A stretch of DNA of 64,000 nucleotides. It comes from a virus. Taxonomy: Duplodnaviria > Caudoviricetes. Position 1 is the first letter of the stretch. The number at the start of each line of letters is the position of its first letter. The DNA is taken from positions 9,954-73,953 of IMG/VR virus record IMGVR_UViG_3300031867_000038. One strand, written 5' to 3'. The translations under genes were made by a program, and so were the position numbers. The notes beneath the pieces were generated by a model, which saw only the letters and a program-made list of their open reading frames with translations, had not been told where the DNA came from and made no database searches. Below are positions 1 to 9,512 of this stretch, piece by piece.

Positions 1-228
1 GCAGATACTTCTAATTTAGCTATTGAAACTGCTACTGGTTATAAAATATATGGATTTGACTATGTAGCAAATACTTGGTATGCAGTACAAGATTTGGCGG
101 CGACTGCAGTAAAACCTGAATATAGTGTTTTATTAGCACGTCCTTTAGCAAATAATATTAATAAACCTGATTCATTAGATGTAGATCAGTTAAATGAAAA
201 AGGACTTTGGTTTGTAATTACGGCATGA
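1..228 (+). CDS. 3' end of tail-associated protein (partial)
   Basis: Frame 1 open from the window start to TGA at 226-228; ends ...KGLWFVITA, like other fibre-accessory proteins here. Confidence 0.6.
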   Translation, partial: ADTSNLAIETATGYKIYGFDYVANTWYAVQDLAATAVKPEYSVLLARPLANNINKPDSLDVDQLNEKGLWFVITA

Positions 229-297
229 TAATGAAGGACAAAACGCTATAATTATTTATAGCGTTTTTTCTTTCTATTGTAGAAAGGGTGCTATTAT

Positions 298-618
298 ATG
301 ATTATTAGTAATTTAGTACAAGGAGCTATAGGTCAAATTAAAGGGCCTTTAACAAATAAAGAGTCAATTACTTTTAGCACTGGCAATGAAGCAGGGGCAG
401 GGCGGCCGCCTGATTTAAAACTAGGTATTTCTATTGATGAAAAAGATCTTATGACTTATGGATGGAGATTTGAAGTTACAATTAATAAAAATATTAGAAT
501 TTTAATAGGATCAACTGGTCGATATGAATTTGATGAAAAGATTGCAGTTGATACAATCTCTTTTCCAGAAGGGGCGCCTGCCAGTGTTATCATTGATTAT
601 GTTGTATTGGATATATAA
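298..618 (+). CDS. hypothetical protein (tail region)
   Basis: 106-aa ORF, RBS-like AGAAAGGGTG upstream. Confidence 0.6.
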   Translation: MIISNLVQGAIGQIKGPLTNKESITFSTGNEAGAGRPPDLKLGISIDEKDLMTYGWRFEVTINKNIRILIGSTGRYEFDEKIAVDTISFPEGAPASVIIDYVVLDI

Positions 619-633
619 GGAGTGTAAAATGCT

Positions 634-1011
634 ATGGCGGATCGGATAAAAGGATTACGACAAAAAAATAACCAAGGTGTTTTTGATGCTTTGGTTCCTT
701 TTGGCACTGATGGCATTTTCGTAGATATGGTAAGTGGGCTAGACAATGAAGAAGAGTTAAAAATTGGTGGGAATCATACTTCTACTATTGTAGAAAATTT
801 AGATGGTTCTACAACTATTACAGAATTATTTAAAAATTTAAATAATGTAGTAACTTATACTATTGTTACAAATATTATTACTGCTCAAAATGGTTCGACA
901 ACAATTACAAGTGTTTTAAAAGAACGAGATACTGAAACTGTTCTACGAAGTAAGACTATTACTATCCCTGCTGATGCAAGCAGTATAACAATTGGGGAGG
1001 TATTAGATTAA
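634..1011 (+). CDS. hypothetical protein (tail region)
   Basis: 125 aa, AAGGAG RBS, stop overlaps next start. Confidence 0.65.
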   Translation: MADRIKGLRQKNNQGVFDALVPFGTDGIFVDMVSGLDNEEELKIGGNHTSTIVENLDGSTTITELFKNLNNVVTYTIVTNIITAQNGSTTITSVLKERDTETVLRSKTITIPADASSITIGEVLD

Positions 1012-1460
1012 TGAGTGCATGGCCAGAAGCTATATATATAATTCAAAAATTAAATAATTCTATTGAGAATATTTATAATATAGATGAAGATATTCAAGTT
1101 ATTGATGATACTAATACTAGAATTGATGATTTAAATATCAAGGTTTTAACTGGTGGAGAAACTAGTGATGGCACTATTGTTGATATGAGTGTAAATTCTA
1201 AATATACTCAATTAATGAATACTTTAAATGTTATTGAAAGTGAAGATAGTACCACACCAGGAAGCTTAGCAAATTTGCAAGAACAATTAGACGAATTAAA
1301 TACATCTGCTGTAGAAGAAGCAAATAATAAGATTAATGAGTTTAATAAAAATTTAGCAAGCGCAAAAAAAGAAATAATTATTGTTTCAGCGACAGAGCCT
1401 CCAACAGATACAGATCAAAAATTTAATAAATATTCAGTGTGGATGAAGACAGAGGGGTAA
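1011..1460 (+). CDS. hypothetical coiled-coil tail-accessory protein
   Basis: 149 aa, heptad-like, C-terminal SVWMK motif. Confidence 0.55.
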   Translation: MSAWPEAIYIIQKLNNSIENIYNIDEDIQVIDDTNTRIDDLNIKVLTGGETSDGTIVDMSVNSKYTQLMNTLNVIESEDSTTPGSLANLQEQLDELNTSAVEEANNKINEFNKNLASAKKEIIIVSATEPPTDTDQKFNKYSVWMKTEG

Positions 1461-1464
1461 TATT

Positions 1465-1854
1465 ATGAGTAGAATCAATGAATATACTCCTTTAAAATTA
1501 GAATTATTAGATAATTTAGAATCAGAATCACAACTTTTCGATTCTTCAATTGAAGACATTGACCAACGATTAGATAATGCTAATGATGCAATTGATCAAT
1601 TAGATGAAGATATTCATGAATTAAAAGTTAAATTAGATAATATTTCACAAACAGTAAATGATGTTGATTATCAATCTCAAGTGGCGGCAGATACTTTACA
1701 AGTAAAACTAAGAAAAAGTATAGTTGCAGCTACGGATGCTACTGATAACACCCAGCCAGATTTAAATACAGATGATTATCAAGATTTATTAAATCCAGAA
1801 TATGAATATTATGGATTTTCTGAAGGATCAGCATGGTTTATTTTAGAGAGTTAA
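1465..1854 (+). CDS. hypothetical acidic coiled-coil protein
   Basis: 129 aa, C-terminal GSAWFILES motif. Confidence 0.55.
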   Translation: MSRINEYTPLKLELLDNLESESQLFDSSIEDIDQRLDNANDAIDQLDEDIHELKVKLDNISQTVNDVDYQSQVAADTLQVKLRKSIVAATDATDNTQPDLNTDDYQDLLNPEYEYYGFSEGSAWFILES

Positions 1855-1867
1855 AAGGAGATATAAT

Positions 1868-3181
1868 ATGTCAAAAATAAAAAGTGTTTCTACTTATGAC
1901 GGTTCTAGTTGGGGAACGGCAGTTCCTTTAGGAGCTGATGATGTTAATGTAGATATAACAAGTGCAACTACTAGTCCTACAGTTTCTTCAAGTACCGCGG
2001 CAGAGTTAACAACCGCAACAGATGTTATTGTTGCTTCAGGAGATACTAATGCTACTGCTTGGACAAAATTTAATAGATTTAGAAACAGAGTTACAAAAAC
2101 TTTTGGAAATTATATTGGAGGGTCTGTTCAACCCAGTTATAATGCAACAGGGAGTAATAGTACATTTTATCCCACTTCTGTTATTAATAATTACATGAAA
2201 AATGTAATTGGTCTAACTGGCACTAGTACGCCTACAATTAATGGTAGCGCACAAACCGTGGCGTCAGCTCTTAGTTCATTAAATGATAATATTATTCGAC
2301 CAAATCTGCTGGATAACTGGTATTTTGTTGGCGGTGGCTCACAGAGCGGAAATGGCGTATTCCCAATTAACCAGAGAGGACAGACAAGTTATAGCACGAA
2401 GGGGTACGGAATTGACAGGTGGTACAGGAGTACAGTAGCGGCAGGAAATATTTTGGTTAATGCCAATGGATTAACTGCAAGCACAAATCTGTTCATCCGT
2501 CAGGCAAACGACATACAGCCACAGTTGATCGGTAAAACGCTTACCTTCTCAGTTTTGTGGAAAAATGCTGGCTTGAGCTCTATTACACATGTTTTTGAAG
2601 ATGGTTATCGTTTTACAGCAAGTAGCGTAGATTACACAAAGCTTGTATATTCTTACGGGTTGACAGTGCTACCGCATGAACTTGTTGGATTGTTTGTAAC
2701 ACCAAGTGATTATATCATAGCAATCAAATTGGAAGTTGGAGATACATCGACCCTCGCACATAAGGAAGGTGACATATGGGTGCTGAATGAGCTTCCGGAC
2801 TATCAGACCGAATTGCAAAAATGCCTCGGCTATTATTACAAAACGAGTAACACTACCGCCATATTTGGCTCAGGGATTATCACAGGCTCTGCAAAGCGCG
2901 TGATCATGAATTTTACTGTACCTGTCCCGTTTGTGAGATCCATTTCAAGCGTGAGTATGCAGGATTACACTTTGAGATTAGGCACTTCAGGCTACAGCGC
3001 TTTAACTCCCAACGAAACATATATACAACCGGAGAGCTTGTCGGTGCTGTTACCCTCAAAATACAGTACATCAGTCAGAGTAACGGATTTGCATAAAGAC
3101 GCAACAGGCGATCCGAACAATAGCGCAATTATCGTTGCCGCCAGAGGCCTAGAAATATCCTGTGAACCAGTTGAGACTTAA
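1868..3181 (+). CDS. tail fibre / receptor-binding protein
   Basis: S/T-rich N-terminus, then NLLDNWYF...PINQRGQTSY...GYGIDRW motif typical of Firmicute phage fibre C-terminal modules; GC-richer 3' half. Confidence 0.65.
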   Translation: MSKIKSVSTYDGSSWGTAVPLGADDVNVDITSATTSPTVSSSTAAELTTATDVIVASGDTNATAWTKFNRFRNRVTKTFGNYIGGSVQPSYNATGSNSTFYPTSVINNYMKNVIGLTGTSTPTINGSAQTVASALSSLNDNIIRPNLLDNWYFVGGGSQSGNGVFPINQRGQTSYSTKGYGIDRWYRSTVAAGNILVNANGLTASTNLFIRQANDIQPQLIGKTLTFSVLWKNAGLSSITHVFEDGYRFTASSVDYTKLVYSYGLTVLPHELVGLFVTPSDYIIAIKLEVGDTSTLAHKEGDIWVLNELPDYQTELQKCLGYYYKTSNTTAIFGSGIITGSAKRVIMNFTVPVPFVRSISSVSMQDYTLRLGTSGYSALTPNETYIQPESLSVLLPSKYSTSVRVTDLHKDATGDPNNSAIIVAARGLEISCEPVET

Positions 3182-3217
3182 TTAATTAATGATAATAAAT
3201 TAGGTTAATAAATTTAA

Positions 3218-3246
3218 TTGCTTTTTTATAAAAAATATGATATGAT
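3218..3246 (+). promoter_or_regulatory. sigmaA-type promoter upstream of integrase remnant
   Basis: TTGCTT-N17-TATGAT; first 25 nt identical to the minus-strand promoter at 46041-46069. Confidence 0.55.
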
Positions 3247-3361
3247 TTTATTTGTATTTTTTATAAAGGTGATATTTGCGTGAGTGGTAAAAAAGATTAG
3301 TATATCCAAGTGCTAAATACAGCCTTACACTTGAAAAACTAAAAAAAAAATAATGCTCTAG

Positions 3362-3472
3362 TTTAAGCAAATACAAGATTATCTTGGTCATGAAAATATA
3401 AATATAACTAAAATTTATGCAAAATCTGATCGAGACACTATAATAAATTCATTTAAAAAATGTATGATTTAA
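3362..3472 (+). pseudogene. C-terminal remnant of tyrosine recombinase/integrase
   Basis: Translates FKQIQDYLGHENINITKIYAKSDRDTIINSFKKCMI*, matching the LGH...T..Y catalytic box; in-frame TAG immediately upstream and no N-terminal domain. Confidence 0.7.
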
Positions 3473-3484
3473 AAGGAGATTAAT

Positions 3485-3937
3485 ATGAATATTCGTTTTG
3501 GATCTAATGAATATGCATTAGTGCCAGGTTCTGGAATTAATACTCTTGGGAATGGTATTGATATTCAGTTATTAGCGCAAGATGTAAATTTAAATAGTCT
3601 TACTGACGTATTAAAAAATTCTGCTAATACTGAAACTATTAAAGTTGTGGATGGAGATACCACCACTCAAGTTATTGAAGGTTATTCTAAATTAGATCAT
3701 ATGGAAATTAGATATGATCAAATATATTTTACAGAATATGAAGAAGTAATTATTGTTCCAGCTCATCATGATTCAGAGACTGGCGAAGAAGTTCCAGCTC
3801 AGACCGAAATGGTTCCTCAGGATTTAACTGCTGATATTGTTTATATTCATATGGTTAAGCCTGGTCTTGAAGGTCAAGTAAAAGAAAATACTGCTAATAT
3901 TGAGTTCCTCGCTATTATGAGCGATATTGAACTTTAA
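3485..3937 (+). CDS. tail-fibre-associated hypothetical protein
   Basis: 150 aa, AAAGGAG RBS, followed by XkdX-like ORF. Confidence 0.6.
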   Translation: MNIRFGSNEYALVPGSGINTLGNGIDIQLLAQDVNLNSLTDVLKNSANTETIKVVDGDTTTQVIEGYSKLDHMEIRYDQIYFTEYEEVIIVPAHHDSETGEEVPAQTEMVPQDLTADIVYIHMVKPGLEGQVKENTANIEFLAIMSDIEL

Positions 3938-3954
3938 TTAGGAGGTAAATATAA

Positions 3955-4095
3955 ATGCATAGTCAAAATTTTATGAAGATTAAAGGCTATTATGACGCAG
4001 GTCTTTGGTCTATTGAAAAAGTGCGTGCGGTTGTTGGCAAGCGCCTTGGAATCACAGCGGAAGAATTTTTTGAGATCACTGGGCAGAGATATTAA
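3955..4095 (+). CDS. XkdX-family small protein (46 aa, not in ORF track)
   Basis: MHSQNFMKIKGYYDAGLWSIEKVRAVVGKRLGITAEEFFEITGQRY; YY..GLW...V......ITAEEF.EITG motif; AGGAGG RBS. Confidence 0.8.
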   Translation: MHSQNFMKIKGYYDAGLWSIEKVRAVVGKRLGITAEEFFEITGQRY

Positions 4096-4182
4096 ATTAA
4101 TTGCAAGTGATTTTTACAATCTTATGGAGAGAAGAATAAAAGACAATTTTTAATTGAATAATAGCTAGTAATAGCTTAGTAT

Positions 4183-4255
4183 ATAACCCCTTCTTTCCAT
4201 AAGGAGGGGTTATTTTTTTATGCCTTCTCTCATTTGAGAGAAGGCATTTTTTTTT
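4183..4255 (+). terminator. two tandem intrinsic terminators
   Basis: ATAACCCCT...AGGGGTTAT plus T-run; ATGCCTTCTCTCA-TT-TGAGAGAAGGCAT plus T-run. Confidence 0.85.
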
Positions 4256-4280
4256 GTTATGTTTAAAGGAGAAGATAAAA

Positions 4281-4587
4281 ATGTATAATCCTAATCCATA
4301 TATAAGGTAGTATTAAATCTAGTTTAGAACGATGGGTTGATTGGGAAACTGAAACTAAAACACTCTATGAAAAAATGTATAAAGAATTAATTAATCTTGG
4401 AGAAATTGCAGCAGCTAGTAAAATTCAAGAACTTGTTGAAGATGTTTCTGATGAATTAAAAACTGCACAGCAATATTATCTTAATAAAAAAGCTTCTGAT
4501 TATGATATGTCTGTTATTGTAGAAGAACAATCAAAACATAAAGAAATGTTTGAAGTAAAAACTAGAAGTTCTTTTATGTACAGATAA
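4281..4587 (+). pseudogene. truncated/frameshifted helical phage protein
   Basis: RBS+ATG at 4281 stops after 9 codons; a different frame is open 4306-4587 (SIKSSLERWVDWETETKTLYEKMYKEL...) with no upstream start. Confidence 0.45.
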
Positions 4588-4630
4588 AAAAATAAGGTAC
4601 TCTAATATGTTTAGAGTACCTTATTTTTTT
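4588..4630. terminator. bidirectional terminator between convergent units
   Basis: AAAAATAAGGTACTCTA-N7-TAGAGTACCTTATTTTT. Confidence 0.85.
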
Positions 4631-5132
4631 ATTCCCAATTAAATTCATCTTTATCAAATTCATTAATATAAGCCTGGCCTATTAAAACGGCATCAGCTAA
4701 ATCATCATTTTTAGTATTTAGATTAAATAATTCATTAGCTTTAGCTATATCGAGCGGTTTTAGCTGCGCCCGCGCAACTCCACGTCCTGTTTTAATTCCC
4801 ACTTGTTTGCGCCAATGACTAGAACTGCATAACTTCATTTCTTTTGAATAATGATTTAATACAATAGCTATAGCTCCGTGAGCAAAAGTTAACTTACGGT
4901 AAACATCAATGTTATTTTTAACAAAAGCAGGTTCTGGCTCTTCTGCATAAATTATATCTGGTTGATATTCTAACATAAGTAAATTAACTTCATCTGCAAT
5001 TTTTTCAATCCGAGTAATTACATTTTTACTTGTTGGAGCAATTACTCCATATGCTATTAATTTTTTATTTTGGAAAATTGCATAACCTGTTGAAGTAGTT
5101 GAAATATCTAATGCGAGAATTGTTTGACTCAT
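4629..5132 (-). CDS. ruvC: RuvC-like Holliday junction resolvase
   Basis: ILALDISTTSTGYA, YAEE, DDLADA acidic RNase H-fold motifs. Confidence 0.85.
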   Translation of the reverse strand: MSQTILALDISTTSTGYAIFQNKKLIAYGVIAPTSKNVITRIEKIADEVNLLMLEYQPDIIYAEEPEPAFVKNNIDVYRKLTFAHGAIAIVLNHYSKEMKLCSSSHWRKQVGIKTGRGVARAQLKPLDIAKANELFNLNTKNDDLADAVLIGQAYINEFDKDEFNWE

Positions 5133-5236
5133 ATAAATCCTTCTTTTTTAAATATAATTAGTTATTCTCTATTCTAATTATAAGTTATCATATTTTTTTA
5201 TTATTGTCAAGTTTATATAAAAAAAATGACTGCATA

Positions 5237-5458
5237 TTAAGTGCAGTCATTTGTTAAAGTTATATTAGAAATTGTTCCACCACAATAAACAGCTTTATCA
5301 AAAGAATATTGTGTTGTTGGTTTTAAGCAAGTGCTACGAGTTATTGAACACATTCCACAAGGAAGTCTATGACAACAATAGTTTGAATAAATATTCGCAG
5401 TAGTTGTATTAGAAGGGTATGTATTCGTGGTAGTATTAGTTTGTTCCACTTGAACCAA
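5237..5458 (-). CDS. hypothetical Cys-rich protein
   Basis: 73 aa, overlaps dut 3' end. Confidence 0.4.
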   Translation of the reverse strand: MVQVEQTNTTTNTYPSNTTTANIYSNYCCHRLPCGMCSITRSTCLKPTTQYSFDKAVYCGGTISNITLTNDCT

Positions 5459-5870
5459 ACCCCCCTTCGCCCCTTTCAGTGTCAGAAAGGTTATCTACTT
5501 CAAGCCATTCTACTTCAGGAACAGGGGCAAAAATCATTTGTGCAATTCTATCTCCAGCATTAATATAATGGGGTTCTGTTCCATGATTATGAAGAGCTAC
5601 AATGATTTCTCCACGATAATCAGCATCAATAACACCGACTTTATTTGCGGGAGCCAGCCCTTTCTTAATACCAAGGCCAGATCTTGCATAAATCATGCCA
5701 CACCAGCCATGTGGGATTGCCATTTCTAGGCCTGTATGGAAAGGCACTGTTTCACCAGGTTCAATAATTCCGCCATGGGTTGTATAAAGATCCCAGCCGG
5801 CCGCGTCAACACTACCTCTAGTTGGAATTTTCACACCGGCTGCCGCACATTTAACTTCAATATTAAGCAT
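5436..5870 (-). CDS. dut: trimeric dUTPase
   Basis: AAGWDL, RSGLG, GVIDADYRGEI, RIAQM, RGEGGFGSSG. Confidence 0.97.
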   Translation of the reverse strand: MLNIEVKCAAAGVKIPTRGSVDAAGWDLYTTHGGIIEPGETVPFHTGLEMAIPHGWCGMIYARSGLGIKKGLAPANKVGVIDADYRGEIIVALHNHGTEPHYINAGDRIAQMIFAPVPEVEWLEVDNLSDTERGEGGFGSSGTN

Positions 5871-6099
5871 AAGTAACCTCGATTTCTTCTACAGGTTCTT
5901 TTGGATCATTAAAAGATTTAACAAGAACTACTTGATACCAAGAATCAACAATTTCGCCCTTAGCTTTTCTTTCTTTAAGTTCACTAGAGTATTTCTTTAA
6001 AGCATATCTATTTTCTTTCTTTTGTTCTTCAATAAATGCTTTAGCTTCATTTTCACTATCAATTCTATATTTTTCAGTTACTTCGCAAAGATATTTCAT
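5863..6099 (-). CDS. hypothetical protein
   Basis: 78 aa, translationally coupled. Confidence 0.6.
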   Translation of the reverse strand: MKYLCEVTEKYRIDSENEAKAFIEEQKKENRYALKKYSSELKERKAKGEIVDSWYQVVLVKSFNDPKEPVEEIEVTYA

Positions 6100-6380
6100 T
6101 TAATAACTCCTTTTAACTCAACTTCTATTGGGGACACTACACTATAATTATTAAATTGAATTTTTAATTCTTGTTCTAAACGCTCTTTAGTCTTTTGAGT
6201 ATATTTTTGATTACCATAAATAACTACATGATCAATATTTTGTTCTAAAATAAAGTTAGCAATTTTACTGCTATCAGTAGAAAGAGGACCTGTATATTCA
6301 GTGCACCCTGTTGTAGAATTATAAACTAAAGCAGGATAATTAAAGCTTAATGGTCTAACATCTAAAACTAATTCTTTCAT
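6096..6380 (-). CDS. hypothetical protein
   Basis: 94 aa in operon. Confidence 0.55.
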   Translation of the reverse strand: MKELVLDVRPLSFNYPALVYNSTTGCTEYTGPLSTDSSKIANFILEQNIDHVVIYGNQKYTQKTKERLEQELKIQFNNYSVVSPIEVELKGVIK

Positions 6381-6383
6381 TTT

Positions 6384-6761
6384 TTAAACCTCAATAACCG
6401 CAGCATCATAACAAAATAAATAGTAACAATAATCTTCTTGACTTTCACTGGTAGGATCTCCGCAACGGAGCCAAATTTCCCACGCAGTATTTGCTTTATC
6501 TTTGTCAATTGAAACCACCTGACCTCTATTTTCTAAACACTCTAGCAGTATATTAGCAGCTTCCGCAGGAGATTCAATTACACGAAAAATAGTATAATCT
6601 CTTCGTTCATGGCAAAGTAGCATGGCATATGTATCAATACTATCTCTAAACCATAGACGAATTTCATCAATTCTTTTTTTAATTTGATTTTGACTTAATA
6701 TTTTCTCTTGACTGCTAAGCTGTTTATTTACTTCATATAAACTATTACCTTGAATTTCCAT
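6384..6761 (-). CDS. hypothetical protein
   Basis: 125 aa in operon. Confidence 0.6.
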   Translation of the reverse strand: MEIQGNSLYEVNKQLSSQEKILSQNQIKKRIDEIRLWFRDSIDTYAMLLCHERRDYTIFRVIESPAEAANILLECLENRGQVVSIDKDKANTAWEIWLRCGDPTSESQEDYCYYLFCYDAAVIEV

Positions 6762-7273
6762 TAGCTAATCCTTTCAGCATATTGATTAGGAGAAGCTAAA
6801 TTTACTCCTAATACTTTATCATAATGTGATTCACAATCAGGAATAAATCTCCCATATTTTATAATTATATTATCATAATTTTTAAGTTTTGTCAAGATAT
6901 CCATTTTAATAAAGACACCCATTGCAGGAGCTTTACTTAATTCTTCTTTTGTATATCCAGTATAAATTACAATATCATCATGGCAATCATACAAATGACG
7001 TAACATATAAATAAAATTTACTACAGTGAGCATACTATCAAATGGTTCTAATCCTTGCATAACAATAGCTTCAGTAATAGGATTAGCAAGATATCTTTCA
7101 ATTAATGTTACATCATTTATATCTATATTGGGGGCGGAGGCTAGGTCTGAATTTTGACAAACCTGGCGCCCGCACTCTTTATCACATTTAAAAGTACAAT
7201 ATGGAAATTCTAGAACCATTGAAGGTTTTTTATAATTTACAAAATCTTCATCAATTAGTCCTTTGAGTATCAT
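6761..7273 (-). CDS. nrdG: anaerobic RNR activase (radical SAM)
   Basis: CTFKCDKEC cluster motif, GLEPF, YTGY; adjacent to nrdD. Confidence 0.85.
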   Translation of the reverse strand: MILKGLIDEDFVNYKKPSMVLEFPYCTFKCDKECGRQVCQNSDLASAPNIDINDVTLIERYLANPITEAIVMQGLEPFDSMLTVVNFIYMLRHLYDCHDDIVIYTGYTKEELSKAPAMGVFIKMDILTKLKNYDNIIIKYGRFIPDCESHYDKVLGVNLASPNQYAERIS

Positions 7274-9222
7274 AATGCCTCACTTGTTTGATTGATAGCT
7301 TCCCATCTTCTAAGTTTATATTCGCTCTTTCTATTTTTAGACCAGGTCTGAATTGGAGTATAAAATCCAACTATTCTTGTATATTCAGTTTCAACTGGTT
7401 TTCCACATACAGGGCAAGTTCTTCCATAAAATGCATGATTATCTTCACAAGCTTGAATCTTGGTATTAAAAGCAAAGTAGGTTACACCTTGATCAGCAAT
7501 ATATTCAACCATTTTTCTAGCTTTTTCATAACTATCAAAAGGAGAATCAATGTTAGCGTGAAGAATTGAGCCACCATTGCAATAGCCATCAAATAATGCT
7601 TGAACTCTTACTCTTTCTTGCAGAGTTGTTTTAATTCCAAGTGGCATAAACTGATTACCATATAGCGGCAGGTCATAAATATCAGCATCAGGATAAAAGA
7701 ATTTATCTTTACGCATTAGTTTGTCTGCAGCACTTTCACCTGGAATTTGTTCTGTATTAATTTTATAATCTGCGCCCATATCAATAATGAATTGATCTGC
7801 AACTTCCCGCATAGTTTTAAAAATCTTTTCTCCTAGTGCGGCTGCACGATCATCATAAAAAGTATTACCAAATTGATCTTGATTAATATAGCCAAAACGT
7901 TTCATAGTTTCATATACGCCAATAAAACCAATCGTATTATATAAATGTTCAAAATCAACTAATCCATATGAGAAATTAGGAAGTAATCCTTTTTCAACAT
8001 TCCGTTGAATGATATGTCTAACGCAATCTAGAGCTCTGAGTGCGACAAGGGTGCGCCCGCGCAGATTCTCGATAAACTCTTCTTCATCTTTTGAATCAAG
8101 TGCGCAACGAGCTAGATTAATAGTATTAACTTTAACAGAACCAACTTTAAGAGCTGTTCCACCTATTGAATTGAAATAACCTAAATCTCTAATGTCACTC
8201 TTTAATCTACAACAATTTGATAGACTATTGACTGAGTCATCAATAAAAAGGTTACTATCGCTCCATTGTATATTATGTTCTATAGCCCAATGAGCAAATC
8301 CTTCATCTTCAAATTTGCCATTTTTTCTAAGTAATGAAATTGTAGAAACTGGGAATGTGAACATATTATCATTACGAGTTGCAGCCATCTCTTCTAAGTA
8401 CCACTTTTGAAATTCAATGACTTCATCTTCTGCATCAATCATAAAACTACCATCAGGAAATTCGCTGCCGCCAAATAATGCTTCATAATAAGGATGGTCA
8501 AATACAGAAGTATTAGTAAATGCTGATTGTTGCCCATCACGTACATAGGGCTGGTTTACTGCGTATATAAATCTCTGGAAATTCTGTCGAGCATATTTTT
8601 CTTCACTATGACTCATTCTAATTCCGAGATAATCTGATTCAACATCTTTGTGCCAGAAATAATACATATATGGAATTAGATTTGGCAGACCAACTGCGCC
8701 AGAAGATCTATTACTAGCAAAGCCAATGAACTCTTTAACAAAATCTACAAAAGTAGTAAGATGCTGTGCGGGCTGTGGGTTAAAAGTACCGCCAATGAAA
8801 TACAACCCTTTTTCTGCTAAATCTTTAAGATCATATGCAAAGCAATAATGTTTAAAAGTAGAAGTATCTGAGTCATGCATATAAAGCTGCCCAATCCATT
8901 CCATTCTCAGCCATTCATTCGCAGCTTTAAATCCAAACCTCTTTTGCATCTCATAATAAATTTTATTAAATGCAAGCACTTTTCTATGGGGTTTTGGCAT
9001 TTCAGATAAAAGTGTTACTATATCTTTTCTGCCTACATTACTATTTCCATCAATAGAAGAATCTGCTACTGTAGATTCATCAATAAAATTTGAAATAAAA
9101 TCTGTATAAGAGAGTTGTTCATCTGCAAAACCATTAATTTGCGCGAGTTCAGTTCCAAACTCTCCTTGTAATTTATTATATTGAGTAGTAAAATTTTTAC
9201 CTAATCGAACATTTATTTCCAA
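7270..9222 (-). CDS. nrdD: class III anaerobic ribonucleotide reductase (no ATP cone seen)
   Basis: YMHD, HYCFA, NCCRL, C-terminal CPVCG and TRIVGFY glycyl-radical loop. Confidence 0.95.
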   Translation of the reverse strand: MEINVRLGKNFTTQYNKLQGEFGTELAQINGFADEQLSYTDFISNFIDESTVADSSIDGNSNVGRKDIVTLLSEMPKPHRKVLAFNKIYYEMQKRFGFKAANEWLRMEWIGQLYMHDSDTSTFKHYCFAYDLKDLAEKGLYFIGGTFNPQPAQHLTTFVDFVKEFIGFASNRSSGAVGLPNLIPYMYYFWHKDVESDYLGIRMSHSEEKYARQNFQRFIYAVNQPYVRDGQQSAFTNTSVFDHPYYEALFGGSEFPDGSFMIDAEDEVIEFQKWYLEEMAATRNDNMFTFPVSTISLLRKNGKFEDEGFAHWAIEHNIQWSDSNLFIDDSVNSLSNCCRLKSDIRDLGYFNSIGGTALKVGSVKVNTINLARCALDSKDEEEFIENLRGRTLVALRALDCVRHIIQRNVEKGLLPNFSYGLVDFEHLYNTIGFIGVYETMKRFGYINQDQFGNTFYDDRAAALGEKIFKTMREVADQFIIDMGADYKINTEQIPGESAADKLMRKDKFFYPDADIYDLPLYGNQFMPLGIKTTLQERVRVQALFDGYCNGGSILHANIDSPFDSYEKARKMVEYIADQGVTYFAFNTKIQACEDNHAFYGRTCPVCGKPVETEYTRIVGFYTPIQTWSKNRKSEYKLRRWEAINQTSEAL

Positions 9223-9238
9223 ATTGAATACCTCTCAA

Positions 9239-9436
9239 TTATAAAGATCTGAGCCAAGCAATTGCTTTAGAGAAGTCAAGGAGTTCTCCATCTTTTTCAA
9301 TAGTAGGAGCTGATTTAATTCCTTTAGATTTCATTAAATCAAGATCATCATTAACAGTAAAAGCAATATTTGCTTGTTCTAATTTTTTTTCTAGTACTGC
9401 ACATTTAGGACAATGCGTTGAATATAAAGTTATCAT
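9239..9436 (-). CDS. glutaredoxin/NrdH-like redoxin
   Basis: YSTHCPKC, SAP motif, next to nrdD. Confidence 0.85.
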   Translation of the reverse strand: MITLYSTHCPKCAVLEKKLEQANIAFTVNDDLDLMKSKGIKSAPTIEKDGELLDFSKAIAWLRSL

Positions 9437-9512
9437 ATTCTTTCCTCCCTATTTACTATATATTAAAATCATTTTAACAAGATTATATCATTCTGCCCGA
9501 ATGATGACATTT

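Noticed and set aside
3353-4310. TAG-recoded genetic code (in-frame TAGs at 3359 and 4308)
   Set aside because: All long genes are intact under code 11, no suppressor tRNA is present, and reading through these TAGs does not restore full genes
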